From the NCBI GenBank assembly GCA_963997415.1, contig CAXEMN010000001.1:24220-88219 (forward strand): DNA of 64,000 nucleotides, written 5' to 3'. The DNA is from an uncultured Candidatus Poseidoniales archaeon. GTDB taxonomy: Archaea; Thermoplasmatota; Poseidoniia; Poseidoniales; Poseidoniaceae. The notes under the pieces were generated by a model. It ran no database searches. It was given only the letters and a program-made list of their open reading frames with translations, and was not told the origin of the DNA. Position numbers and translations under genes: made by a program. The number at the start of each line of letters is the position of its first letter. Position 1 is the stretch's first letter. Positions 29,854-37,789 of this stretch are shown piece after piece.

Positions 29854-30732
29854 ATGGTCGCCCAACGCCTTGATGGTAAAGCATGTGCAGCAAGCGTTGA
29901 GGCAGAACTTCACGACCGAATTGCCACATGTGCGTCAGCTGGTGTAGAACCGCATCTTGCGGTGGTGATTGTAGGTGATGACCCTGCAAGTCATGTGTAT
30001 GTCAATTCCAAAGTAAAAGCATGCCATCGTCTTGGGATCAAAAGCACGCACATCGAATTACCATCCACGGCATCCGAACAAGAGGTTCGAGAGGTCATCG
30101 ACCAACTCAACGGTGACGATAGCCTTCATGGTATCCTCGTGCAATCACCACTTCCGAGTCACATGGACGAAGAAGCCCTTACCGATCTCATTCAGCCATC
30201 CAAGGATGTGGATGGTTTTCATCCCGAAAACCTCGGACGCTTAGTGCAAGGTCGACTTGATGGCATGTTACCATGCACGCCCAGTGGCGTCATGCGTATG
30301 CTGCAATGGGCGGGAATTGAGTTGTCTGGAAAGCGCGCCGTCGTTCTTGGTCGGTCAAGAATTGTCGGTAATCCACAGGCGCTTTTACTTGGCGCAAAAG
30401 GAGCAGATGCAACGGTTACAGTGGTCCATTCACGGACCAGAGACGCTCAGAGTGTGTGCTCAGAAGCAGATGTCGTGGTTGCAGCAGTTGGACGCCCTGA
30501 AATGGTCACCAGTGAATGGATTAAGGAAGGAGCCGTTGTCATCGATGTTGGGATCAATCGTGTCGATGATTCGACAAGGGAACGAGGCTGGCGTCTTGCT
30601 GGAGATGTTCATCCTGAAGTTGCTGAAAAAGCCTCATGGCTCTCTCCAGTCCCAGGTGGGGTCGGGCCGATGACCATCGCTATGTTGATGGAAAACACGG
30701 TGCGTGCAGCTGAATCAGCCATCAAAAGTTGA
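29854..30732 (+). CDS. folD: Bifunctional methylenetetrahydrofolate dehydrogenase / methenyl-THF cyclohydrolase
   Basis: Motifs: VIVGDDPASHVYV, GILVQSPLP, DVDGFHPENLGRL, GRSRIVGNP, PVPGGVGPMTIAML. Confidence 0.93.
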   Translation: MVAQRLDGKACAASVEAELHDRIATCASAGVEPHLAVVIVGDDPASHVYVNSKVKACHRLGIKSTHIELPSTASEQEVREVIDQLNGDDSLHGILVQSPLPSHMDEEALTDLIQPSKDVDGFHPENLGRLVQGRLDGMLPCTPSGVMRMLQWAGIELSGKRAVVLGRSRIVGNPQALLLGAKGADATVTVVHSRTRDAQSVCSEADVVVAAVGRPEMVTSEWIKEGAVVIDVGINRVDDSTRERGWRLAGDVHPEVAEKASWLSPVPGGVGPMTIAMLMENTVRAAESAIKS

Positions 30733-30735
30733 GGG
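30731..30735 (+). promoter_or_regulatory. Shine-Dalgarno-like GAGGG upstream of ATG 30741
   Basis: tGAGGGattttATG. It overlaps the folD stop codon. Confidence 0.45.
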
Positions 30736-30740
30736 ATTTT

Positions 30741-31556
30741 ATGGAACAAAAAGCACCTCGTTTGTCCTCTGCTTCACTCGTCGTTGGTTGCCTTTTAGTC
30801 GCCTTCACAATCATCAACTCAACAGCAAACTTGGCTTTTGAAAGTGGTTTGAGTCTTGAGGAATTCATTGCACTTGGTGCGGCTATGCCAGCGTTTCTCA
30901 TCAGTTACTTCGCCTCTCGAGAGCGACCCATTCCAGAATTGGTGAATCAACCTTCAATCCAAGAACAATACGATGCGTTGGAATCCACGCCGACGCCATT
31001 TCGAACGTCCACCAATCCGGTACAACAAGGTGATTCCGAACAACCTGCTTCCTTTCAATCTTCAGAACCCCAACCGCAAACAGATCGTTCTGCTGTCTAC
31101 GAAGTCGCTCCTGTACAACCACAAGCCGTGGAAACTTCACTCGATGTGTCCAATGCTCTGGATTCACTTACTTCCGGTGAATTTGGTGCGACGGCTGCAG
31201 CAATGGCTTCGCAAAATCCAGCACCACATACAGCAACCGCCCAAGATCGTCCATTCACGCAAGCCGTCGGGTCAATGGCCTCATCACACCAACGAACACC
31301 CATCGAAAATGTCCCACTCCCATCTGAGGATTTGGTGGAAGCCCCCTCCAACGAAGTGGTTCAAACATCGACGGTTCCCTCCATGCCGGATTTGTCGGAC
31401 TTGTTGAATGATGCCACATCTGGTTCTGGTTCACTCCCCGAGCCTGCATTATCCAATGCCTCAGAGGTGCCTTCAGTGCCTTCTTTACCAGCTTTGCCTG
31501 AGTTGCCAACAACCCCTTCAACACCTGACCTACCTGACCTCGATGACTTATTTTGA
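30741..31556 (+). CDS. Membrane-anchored protein with a long Pro/Ser/Thr/Gln-rich disordered tail
   Basis: Two N-terminal TM helices, then ~200 aa of low complexity ending ...PDLPDLDDLF. ATG 30741 is preceded by GAGGG. Packed between folD and the PHP gene. Confidence 0.45.
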   Translation: MEQKAPRLSSASLVVGCLLVAFTIINSTANLAFESGLSLEEFIALGAAMPAFLISYFASRERPIPELVNQPSIQEQYDALESTPTPFRTSTNPVQQGDSEQPASFQSSEPQPQTDRSAVYEVAPVQPQAVETSLDVSNALDSLTSGEFGATAAAMASQNPAPHTATAQDRPFTQAVGSMASSHQRTPIENVPLPSEDLVEAPSNEVVQTSTVPSMPDLSDLLNDATSGSGSLPEPALSNASEVPSVPSLPALPELPTTPSTPDLPDLDDLF

Positions 31557-31597
31557 GCGAAAGGAAGGTCAATAGGTGTTGGCGCTTTGGTGACACC

Positions 31598-32476
31598 ATG
31601 TGGTCGGACCTGTTTGATTTGCACAGTCATTCGACCAACAGTGATGGTGAACACTCCGTTGAAACCGTAGCACAATTGATGGCTTCAGAGGGCGTCAAAC
31701 ACTGGTCGTTGACCGACCACGATACTATTGCTGGTTGGGTTGAAGCAGAGCGAGCTGCTACAAAATCAGGGATGAATTTCATCCCGGGTGTTGAAATCAC
31801 CTGCGAACCAGGTTTGCCAATCGACGATTTGGAGATGGCGAGATGGGAGCGAGATCGAGCACCTGCATCTTGGCACCTGCTGGCCTATTTCCCACTCACT
31901 TCTGTGACCGGTCAACAACGGATTGATTTCGAAGCATGGCTCGCCCCTTTGGGCGAAAGCCGTGGGCCAAGGATGGCTCGAATGGTTGCTTTAGCAAATG
32001 AGCACGGCCTTGATGTAAAACTGGAATCGGTACTGGCAAGAGCAGACGGTTCGGTCGGACGGCCGCATTTGGCAGACGAGTTCGTTGCGCTTGGTTATGT
32101 CGAAACTCGCCAAGAAGCCTTTGACAAGTGGCTCGGTGATGGCCGTCCACTTTCGATCACCCGGGAGAAACCGACGATCAAAGAAGCCACAGCCGCCGTT
32201 CATGCGTGTGGTGGAATTACTTCTCTTGCTCACCCAATCTACTACGGTGTCCCAGTTCAATCACTCGTTGAATATTGTAAAAATGCGGGGGTCGATGCGA
32301 TTGAGTGCTTCCATCGCAGCCATCCAGATTCGTATCGACATGAACTCTTGTTGTCTGTTCGAGACCATGGTTTGAAGTCGACATGTGGTTCAGATTTCCA
32401 TGGATTATCGAATCAACAAACGCCGGGGAACATGCCTTTGCCGTTGGATGATTTACCGGGTGCTTTACGTGCCTAA
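31598..32476 (+). CDS. PHP-domain metal-dependent phosphoesterase (TrpH/YciV-like)
   Basis: DLHSHSTNSDGEHS, SLTDHDT, later AHP and GSDFHG His clusters typical of PHP. Start taken at MWSDLFDLH. Confidence 0.75.
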   Translation: MWSDLFDLHSHSTNSDGEHSVETVAQLMASEGVKHWSLTDHDTIAGWVEAERAATKSGMNFIPGVEITCEPGLPIDDLEMARWERDRAPASWHLLAYFPLTSVTGQQRIDFEAWLAPLGESRGPRMARMVALANEHGLDVKLESVLARADGSVGRPHLADEFVALGYVETRQEAFDKWLGDGRPLSITREKPTIKEATAAVHACGGITSLAHPIYYGVPVQSLVEYCKNAGVDAIECFHRSHPDSYRHELLLSVRDHGLKSTCGSDFHGLSNQQTPGNMPLPLDDLPGALRA

Positions 32477-33279
32477 TCTGTGTTCCTTCTCGTGATGGCA
32501 TCAACAACGAGAGCGACTTCAAACAAAATAATCACCGGCATCGCCACAAGGAAGAGTGACAATGGATCTGGTGGAGAAAGGAAGGCTCCGAGCACAAAAG
32601 CTGTGAACCAAATGTGGCGCCGATAACCTCGTACGTCTTCTCGTGATACCACCTTGAGACGCAGCACAAGCAGTGTCGCTACGGGTGCTTGGAAGCCAAC
32701 GGCCGAGGCAACCGCTAGGTTGGCTATGAATCCAACATAACTGGACAACCGCCATTCAGTGGACAAACCCGCACTTTGAGCGTCGTTGGTTAGGTATTCG
32801 AGGAGCATTGGTGTGAGGAGGTTCCAAGCATAACTGATGCCCAATCCACCAAGCACAATAATCGCAATAAGCGTGCCTACAGAGGCACGCGTTGGCTTGG
32901 GTGCACTTGCTTTGAGTTCTGCTAATCGCATGGTGAGAGCTGGATTCTTACTGCCTCGCCAGGCACCTTCAACCATCATGATTGACACAACGGCAAATGC
33001 GGCGCAATACGCCGCTAATTTGACCTGAAGTAAAATGAATTCAACCGGTGTGATGACGATGATGTTCACATCTGCTGGCAATCGATGCTCTGCAATCAGC
33101 CAAGAAATGAACGTAGATGTCAATGGAAAGCAGGCAACAAAAACCGCTCCAAAGATGAACGCAAGCAACCGAAACCGTTTCCTGAGGTGTGTTTTGATGT
33201 CGAGCAGCAGAACTCCGCCCGGACTGTCAAGCAATTCGTTGACCGTTTTGGACAGATCTTCCGTGCCGGTCATGCTCAT
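32473..33279 (-). CDS. tatC: Twin-arginine translocase subunit TatC
   Basis: Six-TM profile with HLRKRFRLLAFIFG, TPVEFILLQVKLA and the FLSPPDPLS signature. Start taken at ATG 33279. No tatA was seen in the window. Confidence 0.8.
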   Translation of the reverse strand: MSMTGTEDLSKTVNELLDSPGGVLLLDIKTHLRKRFRLLAFIFGAVFVACFPLTSTFISWLIAEHRLPADVNIIVITPVEFILLQVKLAAYCAAFAVVSIMMVEGAWRGSKNPALTMRLAELKASAPKPTRASVGTLIAIIVLGGLGISYAWNLLTPMLLEYLTNDAQSAGLSTEWRLSSYVGFIANLAVASAVGFQAPVATLLVLRLKVVSREDVRGYRRHIWFTAFVLGAFLSPPDPLSLFLVAMPVIILFEVALVVDAITRRNTD

Positions 33280-33317
33280 TGGAGGGACCACGCCCTCATA
33301 ACACACACCATGGAGGA

Positions 33318-34748
33318 TTATTCGCTTTCCCATACGTGTGACGGTGTAGAATCAATCCAACTGCGACCAGAATTGTTGAGCCTCTTGAGTCGATGGAATA
33401 CGAAACCAGTGATCCAAAGCGATGGCAGGGAAAGAAGCAGGGCCATCCACATGACGTCTTGATGGTAGTCATTGAGCACTCGTACTTGGACGACATCCTC
33501 TTCGACAGTGCTTGGGTTATGCATGACGACGAGCGTGTAGACCTTGGGTGAGTCAACTTCCAATGCCAGCGTCGAATTAGGGGCGACGGTGTAGTATTCG
33601 CCCAAGGTTTTCATGATCGACCAATCGATGCTCCCCTCTTCCATAGCAGGTACTGCCGATTCAACAATGACCACCACCACTTCAATGGTGATGTCTTGGT
33701 GGAGGTTGGTTACCGTTGTATCCACGCTTTCACCAGGATCGAATTTCTGAATGATTTCGAATGTTGAATCTTCTGGACCCAACTGATAGGACACACGATC
33801 GCCTACGGTGCTGCTTTGAACATTGACGGCCATAATGATCAGGGTCACCATCGCCAGCGTTACCACGCCTTCGACCAAGATGTGTTTGCGAACTTTTTGA
33901 GTGGTAAATCCTTTGAAAAATCCTCCGTGATCATTGCGTAGTCGTGGTTGAAGATGATGGATGAAAAGGGCTCCAACGGCGCCAACAAGCATCCCAAGAG
34001 GGATGTCGATGATCCAGTGAATGCCCAGGTAAAGAATGGTGAAAATAAACAAAAGCGTGTTGATGCAGACAAAGACGTGGTACCTGTAATGCTTCCACTC
34101 CTTCATGGTGCCACCTTGCTCACGCACATGCAGCCAGTTGAGGAGAATAATTCCGAAAGGTATCGCCACGTGAAGGGATGGAACTGAATTATCCAATGGG
34201 TCGTGCGAAGCATAGAAGACGCTGTACCAACCTTCGTGATACAATAATGCATCCATCCCTGGAATCCATGAGGAGGTGACTTCAACATTGAAAAACAGAT
34301 AGTATGGGACTGCGATGGCGTAGATGAGCAGATAGTTGAGTGTCACTTTGTCAGTCATGTCACGGTCGCCAGTGTATGCGTAGTACACGGTTGTGACGTA
34401 AATCAAGAAGAGGTAAATGAACAGGTAGTGAAAATTGAGAAAAGAAGTGAGTGCTTCGTTTTCAAAGAAATTCTGTATGTGGAGTGTAAGGTTGCCTTCG
34501 ATGCTTTGGACCAATGAAGTCCAATGTCCAGTTTCCATCTTGATCGGTTCATTGAGCTTGTCTGTAAGGGCCTTCCAACGGATGATGACAATGTAGCCCA
34601 TCGCATGGAGGTAAAACCGTTGATCATGAATCACACTGGCCCACTGGCCCATAGGCGTCCTCATTTCCTTGTCATGAAGGGTGAAAAACCAACAAATAAT
34701 TGGAGTGAGAATTAAGATGAGCCCCATCATCACTGTGTAGGGGTCCAT
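33318..34748 (-). CDS. Polytopic membrane protein with a PAP2_3-like (phosphatidic acid phosphatase / inositolphosphotransferase-type) core plus an extracytoplasmic beta-rich domain
   Basis: Multi-TM N-terminal half containing DNSVPSLHVAIPF (the PSLH motif of the PAP2 C-terminal family). This is followed by a ~130-aa non-membrane domain and a final TM helix. Confidence 0.45.
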   Translation of the reverse strand: MDPYTVMMGLILILTPIICWFFTLHDKEMRTPMGQWASVIHDQRFYLHAMGYIVIIRWKALTDKLNEPIKMETGHWTSLVQSIEGNLTLHIQNFFENEALTSFLNFHYLFIYLFLIYVTTVYYAYTGDRDMTDKVTLNYLLIYAIAVPYYLFFNVEVTSSWIPGMDALLYHEGWYSVFYASHDPLDNSVPSLHVAIPFGIILLNWLHVREQGGTMKEWKHYRYHVFVCINTLLFIFTILYLGIHWIIDIPLGMLVGAVGALFIHHLQPRLRNDHGGFFKGFTTQKVRKHILVEGVVTLAMVTLIIMAVNVQSSTVGDRVSYQLGPEDSTFEIIQKFDPGESVDTTVTNLHQDITIEVVVVIVESAVPAMEEGSIDWSIMKTLGEYYTVAPNSTLALEVDSPKVYTLVVMHNPSTVEEDVVQVRVLNDYHQDVMWMALLLSLPSLWITGFVFHRLKRLNNSGRSWIDSTPSHVWESE

Positions 34749-34879
34749 GCTCGTTGGGGCTTCGCTCTTTGTTTTAGGTATTATGACTCATCGGACTTTG
34801 ACAAAGATGTTTAGGCAAGGTCGATGAAACCGAGCAAGAAGTCAAAGGTAATGGCTTCCACCTGTAGCCGTTGAGGGCC

Positions 34880-36034
34880 ATGTGGAGTCAAGCGCCTGAG
34901 AACACACTCGAAAGTCTCAGGCATGCCATTCAAGTCCATGACGGCATCGAATTCGATTTACGTTTAACCCTTGATGGCGAAGTAGTCATCCATCACGATG
35001 CTGAAGTTTCGATACCTAAGTCGAAGATTCAATCTCCAAAACCATGGGTTGAACATCACACACTTGACGAACTTGAATCCTATGGCTTCTGTTCATTTCG
35101 TTCACTGTTGAACGATTCTGTCGTCCTTGAACAATGGCGTGATGATGGGAAAATGGGCTGTGTTGAATTGAAACGACCTCATCCTCGTTCTGATTCAGGT
35201 GGCGGATACTTTGGTTTATCCAAGCATAAGCGACATATTACCGAACTGATCAACGCCACCGATTCGATCCTCAATGAATTTGAAATTCCGAATGAAAATA
35301 CGGTTTACTATGCCTTCCATAAAGGTATGAAAGCCTCGATTGATGCCTCCTCAACAGGTCGGCCATGGGCTGAATTACTGCCATACATACCTCCTTTTGG
35401 GAATCGTCAAACAAAGCGCTTGCGGGCACTACCTCACTTTCTTACTCACTCCTTTTCTCGATTAGTACGCCACCATCGGAATGCGGGAGCAACGATGATT
35501 CCAGCAGCGATCGAGTACTTCGTACCTCCAATTAACAAATTACCATTGGGTCATAAGGTCGGGCTCACAGGGAAAGGTGCAATGAATTTGCAATCTGCAC
35601 AAGGGGGTTTTCCTGTCTATGTATGGCCGACGAAACCCGAGGTGGAGCATCGTTTACTGGCCGCTGGCCTTACTGGTCTTACCGATCATGCAGATCCTAA
35701 CTTTACATGGCTTCCTTCGGGACATGCACGATGGACTCGGCCAGCGACGCTTCCGCTCGATGCACAACAACAAGACATGCTCGGACAAGCGACAAAAGAA
35801 AACCATCTGGACGTGCTCAGGGAACTGAAGGCAAATGTCACACCTTGGGTGGAATGTGATCGTGCGCAACGAACCTCCTTGGTGAATGGTTGGTCGAAGC
35901 GCTGGGGTTGGCAGCCATTCCAATCGGAACGAGTTGGCGATTCGAAGCTTGATTCATCAAGCCCTCCATGGCAAGCAGTGCGCTTGATTGGCCACCGAGG
36001 TTCAGGAAAGACTTCACGACCGGTCTTACAATAG
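34880..36034 (+). CDS. Glycerophosphodiester phosphodiesterase family protein, apparently circularly permuted
   Basis: Begins directly at MWSQAPENTLESL...IEFDLRLTLDGEVVIHHD and ends its barrel at VYVWPT...GLTGLTDHADP. The usual N-terminal HRG motif is missing there but appears at the extreme C-terminus (VRLIGHRGSGKTSRPVLQ*). An in-frame TAG at 34865 excludes a longer N-terminus. Confidence 0.7.
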   Translation: MWSQAPENTLESLRHAIQVHDGIEFDLRLTLDGEVVIHHDAEVSIPKSKIQSPKPWVEHHTLDELESYGFCSFRSLLNDSVVLEQWRDDGKMGCVELKRPHPRSDSGGGYFGLSKHKRHITELINATDSILNEFEIPNENTVYYAFHKGMKASIDASSTGRPWAELLPYIPPFGNRQTKRLRALPHFLTHSFSRLVRHHRNAGATMIPAAIEYFVPPINKLPLGHKVGLTGKGAMNLQSAQGGFPVYVWPTKPEVEHRLLAAGLTGLTDHADPNFTWLPSGHARWTRPATLPLDAQQQDMLGQATKENHLDVLRELKANVTPWVECDRAQRTSLVNGWSKRWGWQPFQSERVGDSKLDSSSPPWQAVRLIGHRGSGKTSRPVLQ

Positions 36035-36037
36035 AAT

Positions 36038-37204
36038 TCAGTCAATGTGCCGAAGACTCTGTTCTTCTGCGATGTACTTCGGTCTGTAAATTGGTGTACC
36101 TTTGCCGTTTCGCATGATGCTGCGTTCATCAACGATTTGTGCGCCAATGCCTGCAACACGCGCCCAACCAAAGAACGTGGTGTAGTATGTGGGATCGGTC
36201 AGTCCAATGTGATGCAAGAGTGCACCACTCGCGATGTCGACATTGGCGTTTGGATTGCTGATTTTTGGATTTTCTGCAAGGACCCGTGGTGCCACTTCGC
36301 GCAAGGTCGTGATGATTTTGAAATTCTCATCATCAGGGCAGAGTTCTTCGCCCAATGCAAATTGAACGGTTGCTCGAGGGTCTTCTGTCCGCAATACAGC
36401 GTGTCCAAATCCGAACACAGGTCGCTTTGCGGCGAGTTCTGCTCGGACGAAGCGTTCAACTTCTTCTGGGTCACTTGTGCCAACCCGCAACACAAATTCG
36501 AGGCAGGATTGGTTTGCCCGTCCATGCAGCGGGCCAGACAGTGCGTTCATTGCACCTGCCATTGAAGAGTAGACAGTGGCGTGGCCCGAGGCAATGGCCT
36601 TGCCAGAGAATGTGGAAAGATTGCCACCACCGTGGTCCATGTGGAGAACAAGATAGGTGGCAATAACCCTGGTCATTTTTTGCTTGTCAACACCGGTGAG
36701 GTCGAGGGTGTTCACGAACCGATCCACCAGGGAGGCATTGGGGTCATCTGCAGGGATGTTTTCACTTCGTCCGTCACGAATTCTGAAGATGAGCCCCATC
36801 AGACGCGGCATTCGGGCAACGAGATTCATTGCATCATCTCGCCAGTTATTTGTTGTTTCAAACATGCCAAGAGTGTGAATACCAATGCTTAACCAATCCA
36901 TTGGGTGACCGTCTTTAGGAAGTGACTTGAGCACAGATTCCAAATCACCAGGGATGGTTGCTCGAGCAGATAACTCGGCACGAATCTCCTTGGATTGTTC
37001 TGCATTGGGCAGTTCTTTGTTGAACAAGAGGTAAATGATGTCTTCTGGTGCGAACGACGCCAGTTCTGAAATCGGATAGCCACAGTAGTGGACGCCCTCA
37101 GTTGGTGTGACGAACGAGGTTCGGCATGTGCCGACAGGTACGCCACGCAACCCAGTGTTGAGGTGGTCGGTGGTGACCTGAAGTAAGACCTCTTTATCGC
37201 TCAT
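36038..37204 (-). CDS. Citrate synthase
   Basis: Motifs: LVLHMDHGGGNLSTF, SGPLHGRANQ (catalytic His), GFGHAVLRTEDPR (catalytic His), NVDIASG. Start taken at MSDKEV (37204). Confidence 0.9.
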   Translation of the reverse strand: MSDKEVLLQVTTDHLNTGLRGVPVGTCRTSFVTPTEGVHYCGYPISELASFAPEDIIYLLFNKELPNAEQSKEIRAELSARATIPGDLESVLKSLPKDGHPMDWLSIGIHTLGMFETTNNWRDDAMNLVARMPRLMGLIFRIRDGRSENIPADDPNASLVDRFVNTLDLTGVDKQKMTRVIATYLVLHMDHGGGNLSTFSGKAIASGHATVYSSMAGAMNALSGPLHGRANQSCLEFVLRVGTSDPEEVERFVRAELAAKRPVFGFGHAVLRTEDPRATVQFALGEELCPDDENFKIITTLREVAPRVLAENPKISNPNANVDIASGALLHHIGLTDPTYYTTFFGWARVAGIGAQIVDERSIMRNGKGTPIYRPKYIAEEQSLRHID

Positions 37205-37318
37205 ACCTCGCTCACTGTGTCCATCCACCAAGGCCCATCGTATAAAGTCGGTTGCTTTGCATGGCAACGTATTGCGTTTAGGTGTGCTTCAGGATACCTA
37301 ATTACAAATGGAAGTTGT

Positions 37319-37789
37319 TCATTTTCTTCGATTCCAAGGTGGCCATGTTCGGAAGCCCTTGGATGATTCGCGATCAGCAAACACTTGAATTCGAATTGTT
37401 TCACCTTCGACAAGAATGGCATCTTCAGCAGTTAAACCTGGACAGGTGGCCTTGACTTCATTCCATGCGCGCTCGGTTGCCAAATTTTCAGACCACCATG
37501 GAAACGCTGCACATTGTTGTGGACGGACTTCGTAAATGGAGCAGCGCTTCTCACCATCAAGGAAGATACAAACATCATCGCTTGCTCTACTTTTCAGAAT
37601 ATACCGTCCATCGAGGGTTTGTCTACAATCGCGTTCCAGCCACTCTTCGACCGGTAACTCATGATGCGCTGCAATACGTTCAGCATCATTTGTTGAAAGG
37701 TAGACAATACCCCCGGGTTCATCACAACAACGGCCACACTGCGGTTGGCATGAGAAGGGCACACCTGCCATCCACCAGGCGGCCTTCAT
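37319..37789 (-). CDS. YkgJ-family (UPF0153) Cys-cluster protein
   Basis: CQPQCGRCCDEPGG...VCIFLDGEKRCSIYEVRPQQCAAFPWW is the CxxCxxCC plus distal Cys pattern. ATGA overlap with the upstream gene. Confidence 0.65.
   Translation of the reverse strand: MKAAWWMAGVPFSCQPQCGRCCDEPGGIVYLSTNDAERIAAHHELPVEEWLERDCRQTLDGRYILKSRASDDVCIFLDGEKRCSIYEVRPQQCAAFPWWSENLATERAWNEVKATCPGLTAEDAILVEGETIRIQVFADRESSKGFRTWPPWNRRK

Noticed and set aside
31380-31556. DNA-level short repeats (cctgacct acctgacct, ccttc... motifs) that might suggest a tandem repeat array.
   Set aside because: They are imperfect and simply encode the Pro/Asp/Leu-rich low-complexity protein tail. This is not a repeat locus or a CRISPR array.
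34851-34879. Possible frameshift, stop-codon readthrough or Pyl decoding at TAG 34865 that would restore a normal GDPD N-terminus.
   Set aside because: None of the three upstream frames encodes an HRG-type beta-1 strand (they read GNGFHL*, MASTCSR*). The missing motif is found intact at the C-terminus instead.
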